Translations under genes and position numbers: made by a program
Assembly: GCA_019057865.1 (NCBI GenBank)
Contig: JAHLWP010000008.1
Span: 1-64,000 of the forward strand
DNA from: Promethearchaeota archaeon
GTDB lineage: Archaea > Asgardarchaeota > Lokiarchaeia > Sigyniarchaeales > SOKP01
Direction of reading: 5' to 3'
DNA: 64,000 nucleotides
Part shown: positions 1-10,330 of the stretch, piece by piece
How positions within the stretch are numbered: the stretch's first letter is position 1
Layout: each line of letters begins with the position of its first letter
The notes under the pieces: generated by a model
Seen by the model: only the letters and a program-made list of their open reading frames with translations
The model's database searches: none
What the model was told of the DNA's origin: nothing

Positions 1-534
1 GAAGGTATCAGAAGTGTAATACTGCTCTCCCCACCGAAAGAAGAATATTCAGATGAGTTTCTTAATCACGTTAATAAACATCATTCATGGTTATTAAAAA
101 AAGGAGATAAACAGGTTGTTTTTTCTAAGATCATAGGTAATCAGGCGAAGACTCAAAAGGATGTATATTACCTAAAAACACAAGAATATTTTAAAGACAT
201 CGTTGATGAAACTTCAAATCAAGAGGGTTTGTTGATATTAGAAGAACTGACAGAGATAATTAACAAAAATGAAAAGTTCTCAAAGATTCTTTATACATGG
301 AGAGAAGTCGAACATGAACTAAGACTTATTAAACAAAATCCTAATTTAACTAAGCCAAATTATATTATTCTAACTGAAGAATATCTAAAAAATCCAAAAA
401 ATAGAAACAAAACACATCAAATTTTACAAATCGCAAAAAATCTTGAGATTAAAACTAAAATCGTCAGTCAAGAATCCGAGGCGGGTGCTATCGTAGAGAA
501 ATTTGGAGGATTAGTATGTTATTTTAAATTATAG
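1..534 (+). CDS. Pelota/aRF1-family protein, C-terminal part (5' end outside window)
   Basis: Frame is open from base 1 (EGIRSVILLSPP...). It ends KIVSQESEAGAIVEKFGGLVCYFKL, resembling the eRF1/Pelota domain-3 end (S.E.E.G..L..FGG...L). The ORF-track start at 229 is internal. Confidence 0.6.
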   Translation, partial: EGIRSVILLSPPKEEYSDEFLNHVNKHHSWLLKKGDKQVVFSKIIGNQAKTQKDVYYLKTQEYFKDIVDETSNQEGLLILEELTEIINKNEKFSKILYTWREVEHELRLIKQNPNLTKPNYIILTEEYLKNPKNRNKTHQILQIAKNLEIKTKIVSQESEAGAIVEKFGGLVCYFKL

Positions 535-679
535 TTGGTTTAATAATTAACTCTTTAAATATCTTATATATGAACTTTTAGTCAGATAATGATTCTAAAA
601 TATTAATAAACTGTTTTCCTATTATAATATTTAAGGAAGCCTTTATTATGAAATAATAATAATTTTAAATGAAAAATAA

Positions 680-904
680 ATGACAAGTGAACCAAATAAA
701 AACTTTAGAAAGATAGCACGAGATTTTAAAGGAAGAATAGAACTAATGAAAAAAATTCCAATTGAAACTTCGATATCACTTTTTTTTGAACTATGTAATT
801 TTAATTTGAATAATTACATTAAAACTGAAAAAGAGAGATATCCGAATAAATCAATTAAAGATATCGTCATAAAAATGTACAAAATCAATAAGAAAATAAA
901 ATAG
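680..904 (+). CDS. Small hypothetical protein, putative antitoxin partner of the downstream nucleotidyltransferase
   Basis: 74-aa ORF ending 12 nt upstream of the NTase gene on the same strand. Confidence 0.5.
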   Translation: MTSEPNKNFRKIARDFKGRIELMKKIPIETSISLFFELCNFNLNNYIKTEKERYPNKSIKDIVIKMYKINKKIK

Positions 905-916
905 AGACAACATATT

Positions 917-1546
917 ATGGAAATAAGATATGAAAAAGCTTTTTTTCAAATTGTCAATTTTTTAGAAAAAATTGAGAGAGAATTTGGTATTAAATATTAT
1001 TTAGTTGGGGGAATTTTAGTAAGCATTTATTCTGAGACTAGAACAACCCAAGATATTGATTTCGTAGTTGATATCTATTCTGTTAATCATAATATAGATA
1101 CTTATATAGAAATATTAAAAAGGAATGAATTTTATCCAATACAAGATTGGGATTCAGCTTCAAAATTAGCCAAAGATATCAAGTTATTACAGTTTTTAGA
1201 TAACCAACAAGTTATTAAATTTGATAATTATATTATTGATCAAAAAAGTCTTAGTAAATATAAAAAAATTGGACCAATAGGGCTCAAGAGAAGGGTTAGA
1301 ATCAATTTTGGAGGATTGGAGTGTTGGGTCACCTCAAAAGAAGATTATATATTAAGTAAACTTGTATTTGGAGGTTGGCAAGATTATACTGATGCATTGG
1401 GTTGTTGGTTACGCTTTCAAGATGAATTAGACAAGGAGTATTTGGAATTAATTAGCAAAGAACTTGAAATACAACGAGAATATACATTATTAAAATCTGG
1501 AATAGATGATCCAGACGATTTTTTCAAACAATTAAAATCAATTTGA
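917..1546 (+). CDS. Nucleotidyltransferase-fold protein (AbiEii/DUF6036-like)
   Basis: Motifs LVGG...S...RTTQDIDF, S.EDYILSKL and W.D..D. Confidence 0.7.
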   Translation: MEIRYEKAFFQIVNFLEKIEREFGIKYYLVGGILVSIYSETRTTQDIDFVVDIYSVNHNIDTYIEILKRNEFYPIQDWDSASKLAKDIKLLQFLDNQQVIKFDNYIIDQKSLSKYKKIGPIGLKRRVRINFGGLECWVTSKEDYILSKLVFGGWQDYTDALGCWLRFQDELDKEYLELISKELEIQREYTLLKSGIDDPDDFFKQLKSI

Positions 1547-1580
1547 ATGTATTAATTATTATTATTAAAAAATAATGAGC

Positions 1581-2402
1581 TTATTTTCCAATAAAACATG
1601 GTTCTCTTTTTTCCTTTAAAGCTTTTAATGATTCTCCAAAATCTCTACTTTGAATTGTCTTGGTCCACATTTTATTTTCCAAATCTAACTGTTTTTCTAA
1701 AATATCTCTAACATAGGTATGTATGGTTTTTTTCATTAATTTGATTGAAAGAGATGGTCCCTTCGGTGGAATAAGTCTTAAAGCTTGGTTTCTTGCATAA
1801 GGCATCAATTTATCTCTCGGTAATACTTTATTGACAAGACCTAAATTTTCTGCGTCCTTTGCTGTCATCCGATCACCAAAATAAAACAGTTCCTTAGCTT
1901 TAATCATGCCTATCATGAAAGGTAAAAGATATGTAGTGGCAAAATCAGGTATAACAGCTCTTTTTACAAAGAATAACGCCCACCATGCGTCCTCAGCCAT
2001 ATAAACTAAATCTGAACAAATTACTGGAAGTGTAAATCCACCACCTACTGCAAAACCATTAATTACGGATATTACTGGTTTTGAAAAATCCCAAAACTTG
2101 AGACATAACCTTTTTGATGCCATGTCTCTTAAGTTTATCTCTGCTCTATACTTTTCAGGTATATCCTTCAATATCTCCTCTGAAAAATACCCTCCCGAAG
2201 AAAAAGCTCCTGCTTCCTTACAACCAGTTAGTATCATTACTTTAACTTCTTTATCTTTTTCAGCGTGGTCTACGGCATACCAGAGTTCTAAAAGACCTAA
2301 TGGTGAAAGAGCATTCTTTTTTGCTGGCCAGTTTAAAGTAACCGTTAAAATCCCGTTTTCTTCTTTTCTGTATTTGATTTGGTTAAATTCTTCTGATAGC
2401 AT
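1581..2402 (-). CDS. Enoyl-CoA hydratase/isomerase family protein
   Basis: LNWPAKKNAL, FSSGG, KPVISVINGFAVGGG, A..LGLVNKV and C-terminal EKREP.F.GK. Confidence 0.9.
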   Translation of the reverse strand: MLSEEFNQIKYRKEENGILTVTLNWPAKKNALSPLGLLELWYAVDHAEKDKEVKVMILTGCKEAGAFSSGGYFSEEILKDIPEKYRAEINLRDMASKRLCLKFWDFSKPVISVINGFAVGGGFTLPVICSDLVYMAEDAWWALFFVKRAVIPDFATTYLLPFMIGMIKAKELFYFGDRMTAKDAENLGLVNKVLPRDKLMPYARNQALRLIPPKGPSLSIKLMKKTIHTYVRDILEKQLDLENKMWTKTIQSRDFGESLKALKEKREPCFIGK

Positions 2403-2447
2403 TAATTCAATAAAATCAAAATATAATAAAACATTTTACAAAAATTT

Positions 2448-2637
2448 TTAATAAAGATCAAAAGAAGCTAATTTGAATCTAATTTGAAATTTTAATCTTT
2501 TATTATAGATTTTATAAATTCCACTTCTTCAATTGAGGAGTGCCATCTTCATAAAAAATATCATGAAACCACACTTCTGGTCTAGGATCTCCTTGTTTCG
2601 AAAACCATGAATAAATTGTCTGGGTTTTTCCAGACAA
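2448..2637 (-). pseudogene. 3' remnant of a glycoside hydrolase (cellulase/'1,4-beta-xylanase'-like) gene with a frameshift
   Basis: Manual translation gives LSGKTQTIYSWFSKQGDPRPEVWFHDIFYEDGTP, which continues in a shifted frame as SIEEVEFIKSII. No start or N-terminal part is present. Confidence 0.6.
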
Positions 2638-2836
2638 TCAAATTATTATTATCCAGTAAAATTAAATCCATTCAAAAAATTAATCGGCAGATTTTTCGAC
2701 ATGATGGGAACTCGGATGGCGAAGAGTAACTAAAAAATATTAAGCACAAAAGTAATTGATTTTAATCAAGTTGGCATCGCTAGAAGTATGGGTAAAAATA
2801 AAGATAATGTTTTGAAAATTTCTGATAATTATTTTT

Positions 2837-3718
2837 CTAATTACTCTTCTTACTATTCCTAACTAATGCATTTATAATACGTGGTAAAACTTCACGAGGA
2901 AGACTATGCCCCATTCCATCCAGAATCAATAATTCTGCACCAGGTATACTTGTTGCGATATCTTTACCCGCTTCAATAAGATTAAATGGATCTTCACTAC
3001 CATGTATAACAATTGTTGGTATCGCTATTGAAGTTATATAAGGTTTAATATTACCTGGAATCGCCATTGCTGCTAATTGGCGTGCTATTCCATTAGGGTA
3101 ATAACTCCGATCATACTCGTTTGATCTATAATCTCTTGACTGATTCTCATCATAAGGAAATGCACCGTTAATTAAACTATCTCGCTTGACCATCTCATCA
3201 ATATATGCCTTGCGTTCGGATGGAACAGGTGCAAAGAATTGCATCAAGATTTCAGGCTTTGAAGGTGGAAGTTCGGGATTTCCAGTAGTGCTCATAATTA
3301 CTGCGAGAGATAACACACGAGAAGGATGTCTATATGCTATAATTTGTGCGATCATTCCTCCCATAGAAGCACCACAAATATGTGCTTTTTCAATATTCAA
3401 AGCATCCAATACACCAATGGCATCATCAGTCATATCTTCTAAAGTGTAGGGAAGCTTGGGTTTTTCTCCACGAGTATAAGCAGCACTAATCTCCATCATA
3501 TCTGGTATACCTGCATCTTCAAATTTTGTTGACAAACCAATGTCTCGGTTGTCGAATCTGATGACAAAAAAGCCATTTTCGGCAAGATTTTCGCAAATTT
3601 CATCCGACCAAGCAAGTAACTGACTCCCCAACCCTGCTATCAATAGTAATGGTTTTGAAATTGGGTCTCCAATTGTTTCATATTCAATCGTTATATTGTT
3701 TACATTCGCTTTCGGCAT
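2837..3718 (-). CDS. Alpha/beta hydrolase
   Basis: RFDNRDIGLS, nucleophile GASMGG, HGSEDP, GMGH. Confidence 0.9.
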   Translation of the reverse strand: MPKANVNNITIEYETIGDPISKPLLLIAGLGSQLLAWSDEICENLAENGFFVIRFDNRDIGLSTKFEDAGIPDMMEISAAYTRGEKPKLPYTLEDMTDDAIGVLDALNIEKAHICGASMGGMIAQIIAYRHPSRVLSLAVIMSTTGNPELPPSKPEILMQFFAPVPSERKAYIDEMVKRDSLINGAFPYDENQSRDYRSNEYDRSYYPNGIARQLAAMAIPGNIKPYITSIAIPTIVIHGSEDPFNLIEAGKDIATSIPGAELLILDGMGHSLPREVLPRIINALVRNSKKSN

Positions 3719-3803
3719 TTTGGAATACCTTGTTCTTATTCTTACTATTATTCTAATAGATATATTGCATATTCATTTTGCATCTTCCTTAATAAAAATT
3801 TAA

Positions 3804-4847
3804 TTACCTCAATTTATTAATAATTTTTATCATAGTCTGAAACGCGATATTTGGCTTTGCTTGTTGATTTATAGATCCTGTGATATAAAGATCAATATCG
3901 GGTACAAAAAAAGCCACTGAGCCGGTAGAACCACAATGACCAATAATATCGGGAATAGCCTGAAATGGCGAAAGAATGCGAGGTATATAGAATTTTTGTA
4001 TACCAATACCATATTTAAAGGGAAAGAAAATATTATTCCACTTCTCCAATTCTTTCAGTCTTTCTTTGGGGAAAAAATAACCGCTGAAGAATGCTTTTAA
4101 AAATGTCATTTGGTCCTTCGCAGTGGAAATGATATCATTTTTTGTAGAGTTAAGAAAAAGGGGGATAAATCGTTCCTCCGATTTATACCGGATAGGAATA
4201 AAATCTTGATTCATACTTTCTTCACAAACATATGTTTTATTTAGGTTCAAGGTTCTAAATAAATTTTTCAGTACAATATTTATAGGTTCTCCTGTAATAT
4301 TTTCGATGATTAAGCTCAAAATTTGATGGTTTGTATCAATATATTTGGCTTTACCTTTTTTTCCAGGTTGGAAGTGTGTTTTCATACGCTTTATTTCTTG
4401 GATTACTTTATTAATTGGCCAAGATTAATCAATACCTGCTTCAAGCTCAGCCATTGCTATTTTCCCATTAGCTTGTTTATCAATTAGATAACCGGGTAGC
4501 CCAGATGTATGAGATAATAAATGAGTAATAGTAAGGTCATAAGAATAATCCCTACCTTTATAAATATGTAATCCCTGTACAATTTCTTCTGAGAGATATT
4601 TTGAGATTTTATCATGCAAGTTTATTTTGTTTTGAGTATATAAATTCAGAATAATTGAAGAAACAAATAGCTTATTTATACTAGCGATATAATATTGACT
4701 GTCTTCTTTCATATTTCCTGATGCACTTATTAATTCAATATTACCGTTCCCAGATGATATATAAAAAACAGCACCGTAAATATATTTCTTTTTACTAATA
4801 TTACTTACTAGTTGATTTAAAATTGATTGATAATGTTTCTCTTTCAT
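3804..4847 (-). pseudogene. Beta-lactamase-like serine hydrolase interrupted by one in-frame TAA (4425-4427)
   Basis: The two track ORFs are in one frame: ...AGID*SWPINKVIQEIKRMKTHF.... SxxK (ASINK) and LLSHTSGL lie upstream of the stop; YIDTN and GHCG lie downstream. Likely start ATG 4847. Confidence 0.75.
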
Positions 4848-4936
4848 TTCTATCCTAATCGTAATTATTATGTTTGTAAAATTAAGAAAAAAATAAAAAA
4901 AATATTTCAATTAAATAAGAAATTAAATTCCGTTTA

Positions 4937-6130
4937 CTATTTCTGATAACTATTCCATTTATCCTCAAGATTAGGATCTTGAAGTGTTTCCATTATATAT
5001 TTGGCAAATTCTTCACCTGTTGCTCCTGTGTCTCTTCCGGTTACTTCTATTTTCTTTTCATATTGAGCACAGATATCTAATGCCATTTCGAGGCTTTTTG
5101 CTTTTGCAGTAAAACCAATATGATTCAATAGCAATGCTGCTGCTTTAATAATACTTGATGGATCAGCAAACTTTGTTCTACCTGTTTCAACCATTCTCGG
5201 AGCTGTACCATGAATAGCTTCAAACATAGCGTATTGTTTACCTATATTTGCACTTCCAGCTGTTCCCACACCACCTTGAATTTGAGCAGCCTCATCTGTT
5301 ATAATGTCACCATAAAGATTTGGCGCAACAAAAACTTTAAAATCGCTTTGACGAGCGGGGTCAACTAACTTCGCTGTAGCTATATCAATATACCAATCAT
5401 CCCATTTTACTTGTGGGTATTCTTTAGCGATTTCTTCCGCCATAGCAAGGAATTTACCATCTGTAGCTTTTACAACATTAGCTTTGGTTATCACAGAGAC
5501 TCGATTGATATTGTTTTTTGCGGCGTAATCAAAGGCTAAACGTATAATTCTATCTGAACCCTGTTTTGTGATTACCTTGAAATCTATTGATAAGTCTTCT
5601 GTAATATTAATCCCTTTAGAACCTAATACATAGGCCCCTTCTGTATTTTCTCTGAAAAACATCCAATCTATTCCTAATTCTGGAACTTTAACTGGTCGCA
5701 CATTAGCAAAAAGGTCTAACTCACGCCTCATGGTGACATTAGCACTTTCTATATTGGGCCATTGGTCACCTTTACGAGGAGTTAATGTAGGTCCCTTTAA
5801 TATTACATGGCATTTCTTTAATTGTTCAAGAACATCGTCCGGTATTGCTTTCATATGTTTTGCTCTATTTTCAATTGTTAATCCTTCAATATCTCGTATC
5901 TCAACTTTTCCTTTTTCAACTTCCTCTTTTAAAAGAAATTCTAGAATATTACGTGCATGCTTCGTAATTTCTGGACCAATGCCATCCCCTCCAGCAGCTC
6001 CTATAATAATTGGCTCTAATTTTGAATAATCCTTCCAACCTTTTGCTTTTTTCATTCGTTCTACTCGTTCTAGTTGTTCCTCTACAAGGTTTCCAAAGTG
6101 TTCTTTCGCTCTTTTTACAATATCTCCCAT
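4937..6130 (-). CDS. icd: Isocitrate/isopropylmalate-family dehydrogenase, probably isocitrate dehydrogenase
   Basis: GDGIGPEI, SANVTMRRELDLFANVRP, KANVVK, NLYGDIITD, FEAIHGTAP. Start moved to ATG 6130 (GAGGT upstream; avoids overlap with aclA). Genomic context supports isocitrate as substrate. Confidence 0.8.
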   Translation of the reverse strand: MGDIVKRAKEHFGNLVEEQLERVERMKKAKGWKDYSKLEPIIIGAAGGDGIGPEITKHARNILEFLLKEEVEKGKVEIRDIEGLTIENRAKHMKAIPDDVLEQLKKCHVILKGPTLTPRKGDQWPNIESANVTMRRELDLFANVRPVKVPELGIDWMFFRENTEGAYVLGSKGINITEDLSIDFKVITKQGSDRIIRLAFDYAAKNNINRVSVITKANVVKATDGKFLAMAEEIAKEYPQVKWDDWYIDIATAKLVDPARQSDFKVFVAPNLYGDIITDEAAQIQGGVGTAGSANIGKQYAMFEAIHGTAPRMVETGRTKFADPSSIIKAAALLLNHIGFTAKAKSLEMALDICAQYEKKIEVTGRDTGATGEEFAKYIMETLQDPNLEDKWNSYQK

Positions 6131-6236
6131 ATTTATTACCTCAATATCTTTTTTTTGATTTGTCGATTGTATTTTAAATTCTTGACCTTTCTTAAAATTT
6201 ATTATTTTATGAATTTGATAAAAAAAAAATAGTGAA

Positions 6237-8072
6237 TTAACTACTAAATAAAATTTCATCCCAGGGTTGTCTATATAAACCAGCACGTTGCCGTTTTTGA
6301 TCAAAAACATGCCCCATCATTCCTATAGAACGCCCAAGTACAAAAAGACCATTTAATGCTTCGCTGTAGATTACATCTTCAATTTCTTCAGGAGTATAAT
6401 CTAAGTTTTCTAATAAGTCCAGAAACGTAATTCCTATACATCCATCAACATTTAATATTAAATTATTTCTTTTAGCAGTTGTAATTTTCTCTACTTCTAA
6501 AGCAAAATCTAAGTGTGGATGTTTTGGAAAATTTTTAAACACAAATTCTTTCAATAATTGAACTCTTACGTCTGGATTCTGAACGGATTTAATTCTGTGA
6601 CCAATTCCGGGAATATTAATTTTAGCAACATCTTTCATATATTTAACAAATTCTTGTGGTTTCATCCCTTTTTGCAGAGCGTCTCTTACATATTTCGCAG
6701 CATCGGATATTGCTCCTCCAAATCTAGGACCAATAGTTAATATCCCACTTGCTAAAGCTGACATAAGATCTTTTCCTGCTCGAGCAGTAATAATTGCATT
6801 ATGAGCTCCTGATACTGCTGGACCATGATCTGCTGTTAATTTTATCACAATTTCGATGAATTCCTGAGCAAATTCGGGCAATTCTCGTTTAAACCACAGA
6901 AGACCGATGACATAACCAATTGATTTATTATCTCGGATTATCGTATCTAATCCAACACCAGCAAAAGTAGGGACATCTCCACGATCATCACTAATGGTAA
7001 CAATAACATCAGTTGGTCTCCTTACTAATCCTAGTCTTATTGCGTCATTGAAATTGACAGGAATTTTAGGTGGCTCGAAATCTTCAATAGGTTCGATTTT
7101 TCCTTCCTGCTTTAATTTATCAAATGTTTCTCTAATCTTCTTATCTAAATCCTCATAGGAACCCGGTACAATTGCTCCTGCATCTCTTAAAGCTTTATTC
7201 TTAGCTTCTGCAGTCTCCATATCACTTCCTGCCATAGCACCTGCGTGCCCAAATTGTAAACCACTTGGTAAGATTTTAGCAGCAGTTCCAGCAACCCAAA
7301 TTACTAGTGGTTTTGTTATCTTTCCTGATTTAAGAGCATCAACAATAGCATATTCATCCTTACCACCTATTTCACCTAATGAAACTAACATCTTAATCTT
7401 TGGATTAACTTCATATCGCATTATATGATCAATTAAACGTGAACCTGGGTATCGATCCCCGCCAATAGCAATTCCTTCATAAATTCCATCGGTACACGTA
7501 CTTATCATAAAATTCATTTCATTTGAAAGACCACCAGATTTACTTACAAACCCAACTGAACCTGGTCTATACAATTTTGAAAGAATTATATTTTCAGTAG
7601 TACCCGCAGTGTTACCAATTTTAAAAGCTCCCGCCTTAATACCTCCGACAGTAGCAGGACCGATTATTCTTTTATTTTTTTCCTCAGCAATTTTAATTAA
7701 GTGTCGACTTTGCCTTTCAGGCACACCTTCTGCTATTATTACTACTGTACGGATTGTATCTGATTCAAGTGCTTCTTTACTTGTTGGAAAAGCACTTCTA
7801 AAAGAAGAAAAATTGATCATTACATCTGCATTTGGATGTTTCTTAATTGCCATTTGTAGTGTTTTATAAACAGGAACAACAACTTCTTTACTACCCCAAA
7901 ATGCTTTATGATATGAAACTGCTGCTCCTTGAGTAGGTCTTATTACTGCAGCAACTGAAGGCGTTTCGCGTTTACATAAGAAATCAAAATCAATCATCCT
8001 CTGGATTGCTCTTTGTTGAAAACCATAAATTATTGCCTGTGTACTTCTGTCAAATAAATCATAATCTTCCAT
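6237..8072 (-). CDS. aclA: ATP-citrate lyase alpha subunit
   Basis: GPATVGGIKAG, SKSGGLSNE, phospho-His motif QFGHAGA, and a citryl-CoA lyase C-domain (ADHGPAVSGAHN, GPRFGGA, GIGHRIKS, LILNVDG). Confidence 0.95.
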   Translation of the reverse strand: MEDYDLFDRSTQAIIYGFQQRAIQRMIDFDFLCKRETPSVAAVIRPTQGAAVSYHKAFWGSKEVVVPVYKTLQMAIKKHPNADVMINFSSFRSAFPTSKEALESDTIRTVVIIAEGVPERQSRHLIKIAEEKNKRIIGPATVGGIKAGAFKIGNTAGTTENIILSKLYRPGSVGFVSKSGGLSNEMNFMISTCTDGIYEGIAIGGDRYPGSRLIDHIMRYEVNPKIKMLVSLGEIGGKDEYAIVDALKSGKITKPLVIWVAGTAAKILPSGLQFGHAGAMAGSDMETAEAKNKALRDAGAIVPGSYEDLDKKIRETFDKLKQEGKIEPIEDFEPPKIPVNFNDAIRLGLVRRPTDVIVTISDDRGDVPTFAGVGLDTIIRDNKSIGYVIGLLWFKRELPEFAQEFIEIVIKLTADHGPAVSGAHNAIITARAGKDLMSALASGILTIGPRFGGAISDAAKYVRDALQKGMKPQEFVKYMKDVAKINIPGIGHRIKSVQNPDVRVQLLKEFVFKNFPKHPHLDFALEVEKITTAKRNNLILNVDGCIGITFLDLLENLDYTPEEIEDVIYSEALNGLFVLGRSIGMMGHVFDQKRQRAGLYRQPWDEILFSS

Positions 8073-8090
8073 TTTTCTTTCTTACCTCCT

Positions 8091-9383
8091 TTATGTTTTT
8101 CCCTCTTCTGCTCTTTTAATTAATTCAACAACTCTTGTCATGTGTGTATATCTATCATAAACTTCAATAGGTATTCCAGTTTCTTTCCCTACTTGCTCCA
8201 TTAACTCTAATCCTTGCCTTTCATTCGGTCCGCCCCTTCGTACAAAGATTTTCACATTCGCTTTTTTCAACTTATCAACTGACTTTTTTATAGCACTTAC
8301 TATCCCTGTAAAGGTGGCTTTCACGTCCGTAAAGTTTGCTATACCCCCTCCGATGATAAGGTATTTCGCTCTACCTTTTGGATCAGGTTTTTCTGTTATC
8401 AAATCAATAACAGTTTGAGCATAAATTTCAGTATGCTCTCGTGAAGGATTACCACTATACTCTCCATAATTCCCCAATTCAGTACCCAATCCAAGATCAA
8501 CTACAGTATCAGCATATATAACACTTGCTCCCCCACCAGCTACCATTGTCCATAGACGCCCTTCTCTATTTAATATTGTTAATTTAAGAGAGGCTCCCGT
8601 TTTTTCATCCAACTCACTAATCATAGCCTCTTCTTCTGACATCTTTTGTCCAAATCCTGCTGGAAATTCAATCGGATTGTTAGGATTTCCCCATGTATCA
8701 GGGTGAAGAAAGGCTGCAGTATCATCTAAACGAGCTTTTATATCTAATGGTACAATATTTTTATCTTCAGTAATCGCAAAAGGATTAATCTCAAGAAAAG
8801 CAAAATCTTGGTTGATATATACTTGGAATAAGCTTTTAATAAAAGATATTAAAACTTCTTTTAAATCGCCTAAATCAGGCATTTTGCCTACTAAATCGAA
8901 ATCTTTTATGTTAGTTCCCAGAGGGATAGGAAGATGGGTTACCTTATCCCAATTTTCCTCAATAAATATACCTCCTTCAAAACTAAAGTGGATAATATCA
9001 TTTTCTCTGTCAGAGGTAATAGAAACATAATATTCTTTCTCATGAGGAATAAATGGTTCAATAAGTAAACGGGTTAACTCTCCTTTTACACTTCCGATTA
9101 CAAACTCTTTATTTAAATTATCTTTACAAAATTTCTTTACTTGATTAAGATCAGCATCTAATAAAATTAATTTTGCTTTACCTCTCTTTCCAAAGAGTTG
9201 GTCAGGTTTAACCACTACTTTATCTGGTTTAATCCAAGGATTTTCCGCAACTAATTTATCTAATTCAGTATCACTTTCTATGATTGCTATTTTATTATGA
9301 TAATTAAACTGAGGAAAATATTTAGGTAATTGATCTGCTAAAAGTTTTTTAGCATCATATTCATAAATATTTTTCTGTGCCAA
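8091..9383 (-). CDS. aclB: ATP-citrate lyase beta subunit
   Basis: VKPDQLFGKRGK, LEINPF, TMVAGGGASVIYAD, NYGEYSGNP, GGGIANFTDV, VRRGGPN. TTG start. Confidence 0.95.
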   Translation of the reverse strand: MAQKNIYEYDAKKLLADQLPKYFPQFNYHNKIAIIESDTELDKLVAENPWIKPDKVVVKPDQLFGKRGKAKLILLDADLNQVKKFCKDNLNKEFVIGSVKGELTRLLIEPFIPHEKEYYVSITSDRENDIIHFSFEGGIFIEENWDKVTHLPIPLGTNIKDFDLVGKMPDLGDLKEVLISFIKSLFQVYINQDFAFLEINPFAITEDKNIVPLDIKARLDDTAAFLHPDTWGNPNNPIEFPAGFGQKMSEEEAMISELDEKTGASLKLTILNREGRLWTMVAGGGASVIYADTVVDLGLGTELGNYGEYSGNPSREHTEIYAQTVIDLITEKPDPKGRAKYLIIGGGIANFTDVKATFTGIVSAIKKSVDKLKKANVKIFVRRGGPNERQGLELMEQVGKETGIPIEVYDRYTHMTRVVELIKRAEEGKT

Positions 9384-9514
9384 AATTCTCTAACTCACTC
9401 TGTAAATATAAAAATCTGATAATAAAGTATAATTTAGTTAGAATCTGTTTTCTAATAAATTTTTCTTATATAAAAAATGTGGGAATTCCTTCCCTTAATA
9501 CACTTCTTTTATTA

Positions 9515-10123
9515 CTACTTCTTTACAATATAATCTAAAATACAGGTACGACCAGTAGTAAAATATTTACCCTTTAGAATACGTCTTTTTTCCTTATAAA
9601 TGATGTGAAATTTATTGAAATATTCATCAGGTTCTTCATCTTCATAATAACTATGAACAAACTCTTCGTTTCCATGTTTATGAATGATTTCACCAGGTTT
9701 TGTTTTTTCTTTTTCATTGAAATTAACATCATCTTTAGAAAGGAAGTTTAGATAACATAATCCTCCTTTCATTAAAACACGATACATTTCGTTTACAGCG
9801 ATGGCAGTATCATCTTTACTCAAATGAACCATTGAGAGATATGAATAAACATAACCAAAAAAATTAGAGTCAAAAGGTATATTTCTCATGTCTCCTTTAA
9901 TAATATTCAAATTAATGCCATGCTGTTTACAATATCTTTCTGCATCAATGATCTGTTCATCAGAAATATCAATCCCATATGTTTCAAAACCGTTTTCAAA
10001 AAATAAGGCAAGTTTCGGATCCGACCCACCTGCCCCGCAATCCAATATTCTTTTTTTAATAGGATTAGATTTTGTAAACCTAAGAAAAAGATATAATGAA
10101 GATGGATAAAATTTTCCAATCAT
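9515..10123 (-). CDS. Class I SAM-dependent methyltransferase
   Basis: ILDCGAGG, GIDIS, GDMRNIPF, RVLMKGG. Confidence 0.85.
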   Translation of the reverse strand: MIGKFYPSSLYLFLRFTKSNPIKKRILDCGAGGSDPKLALFFENGFETYGIDISDEQIIDAERYCKQHGINLNIIKGDMRNIPFDSNFFGYVYSYLSMVHLSKDDTAIAVNEMYRVLMKGGLCYLNFLSKDDVNFNEKEKTKPGEIIHKHGNEEFVHSYYEDEEPDEYFNKFHIIYKEKRRILKGKYFTTGRTCILDYIVKK

Positions 10124-10145
10124 TTTAAAAGAAATTTAGTTTGCT

Positions 10146-10256
10146 TTATAAAATTTCTTTAAATATGTGAGGAATATCCCAAGGAGCATCAGCAATGTAG
10201 GCTCCAGCATTTTTTAACGCTTTTATTTTTCCTTGAGCAGTGCCAAGACCATTTTT
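10146..10256 (-). pseudogene. 3' remnant of a succinyl-CoA synthetase alpha (SucD)-like gene
   Basis: Manual translation KNGLGTAQGKIKALKNAGAYIADAPWDIPHIFKEIL* matches the SucD C-terminal pattern G.GTA..K..AL..AG..IA..P. Confidence 0.65.
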
Positions 10257-10330
10257 ACTATTAAATAGATTACATTAATAAATAGTTAAATGGATAAATT
10301 AATAACAAAAAAAGCGGTAGAGAATTAACC

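Noticed and set aside
2690-2830. Slightly GC-richer stretch with possible coding remnant (DFNQVGIARSMGKNK)
   Set aside because: Too short, interrupted by stops, and I cannot assign it to a family.
6131-6310. N-terminal extension of the icd ORF in the track
   Set aside because: It overlaps the aclA 3' end and reads through AT-rich intergenic DNA; ATG 6130 has an SD-like GAGGT.
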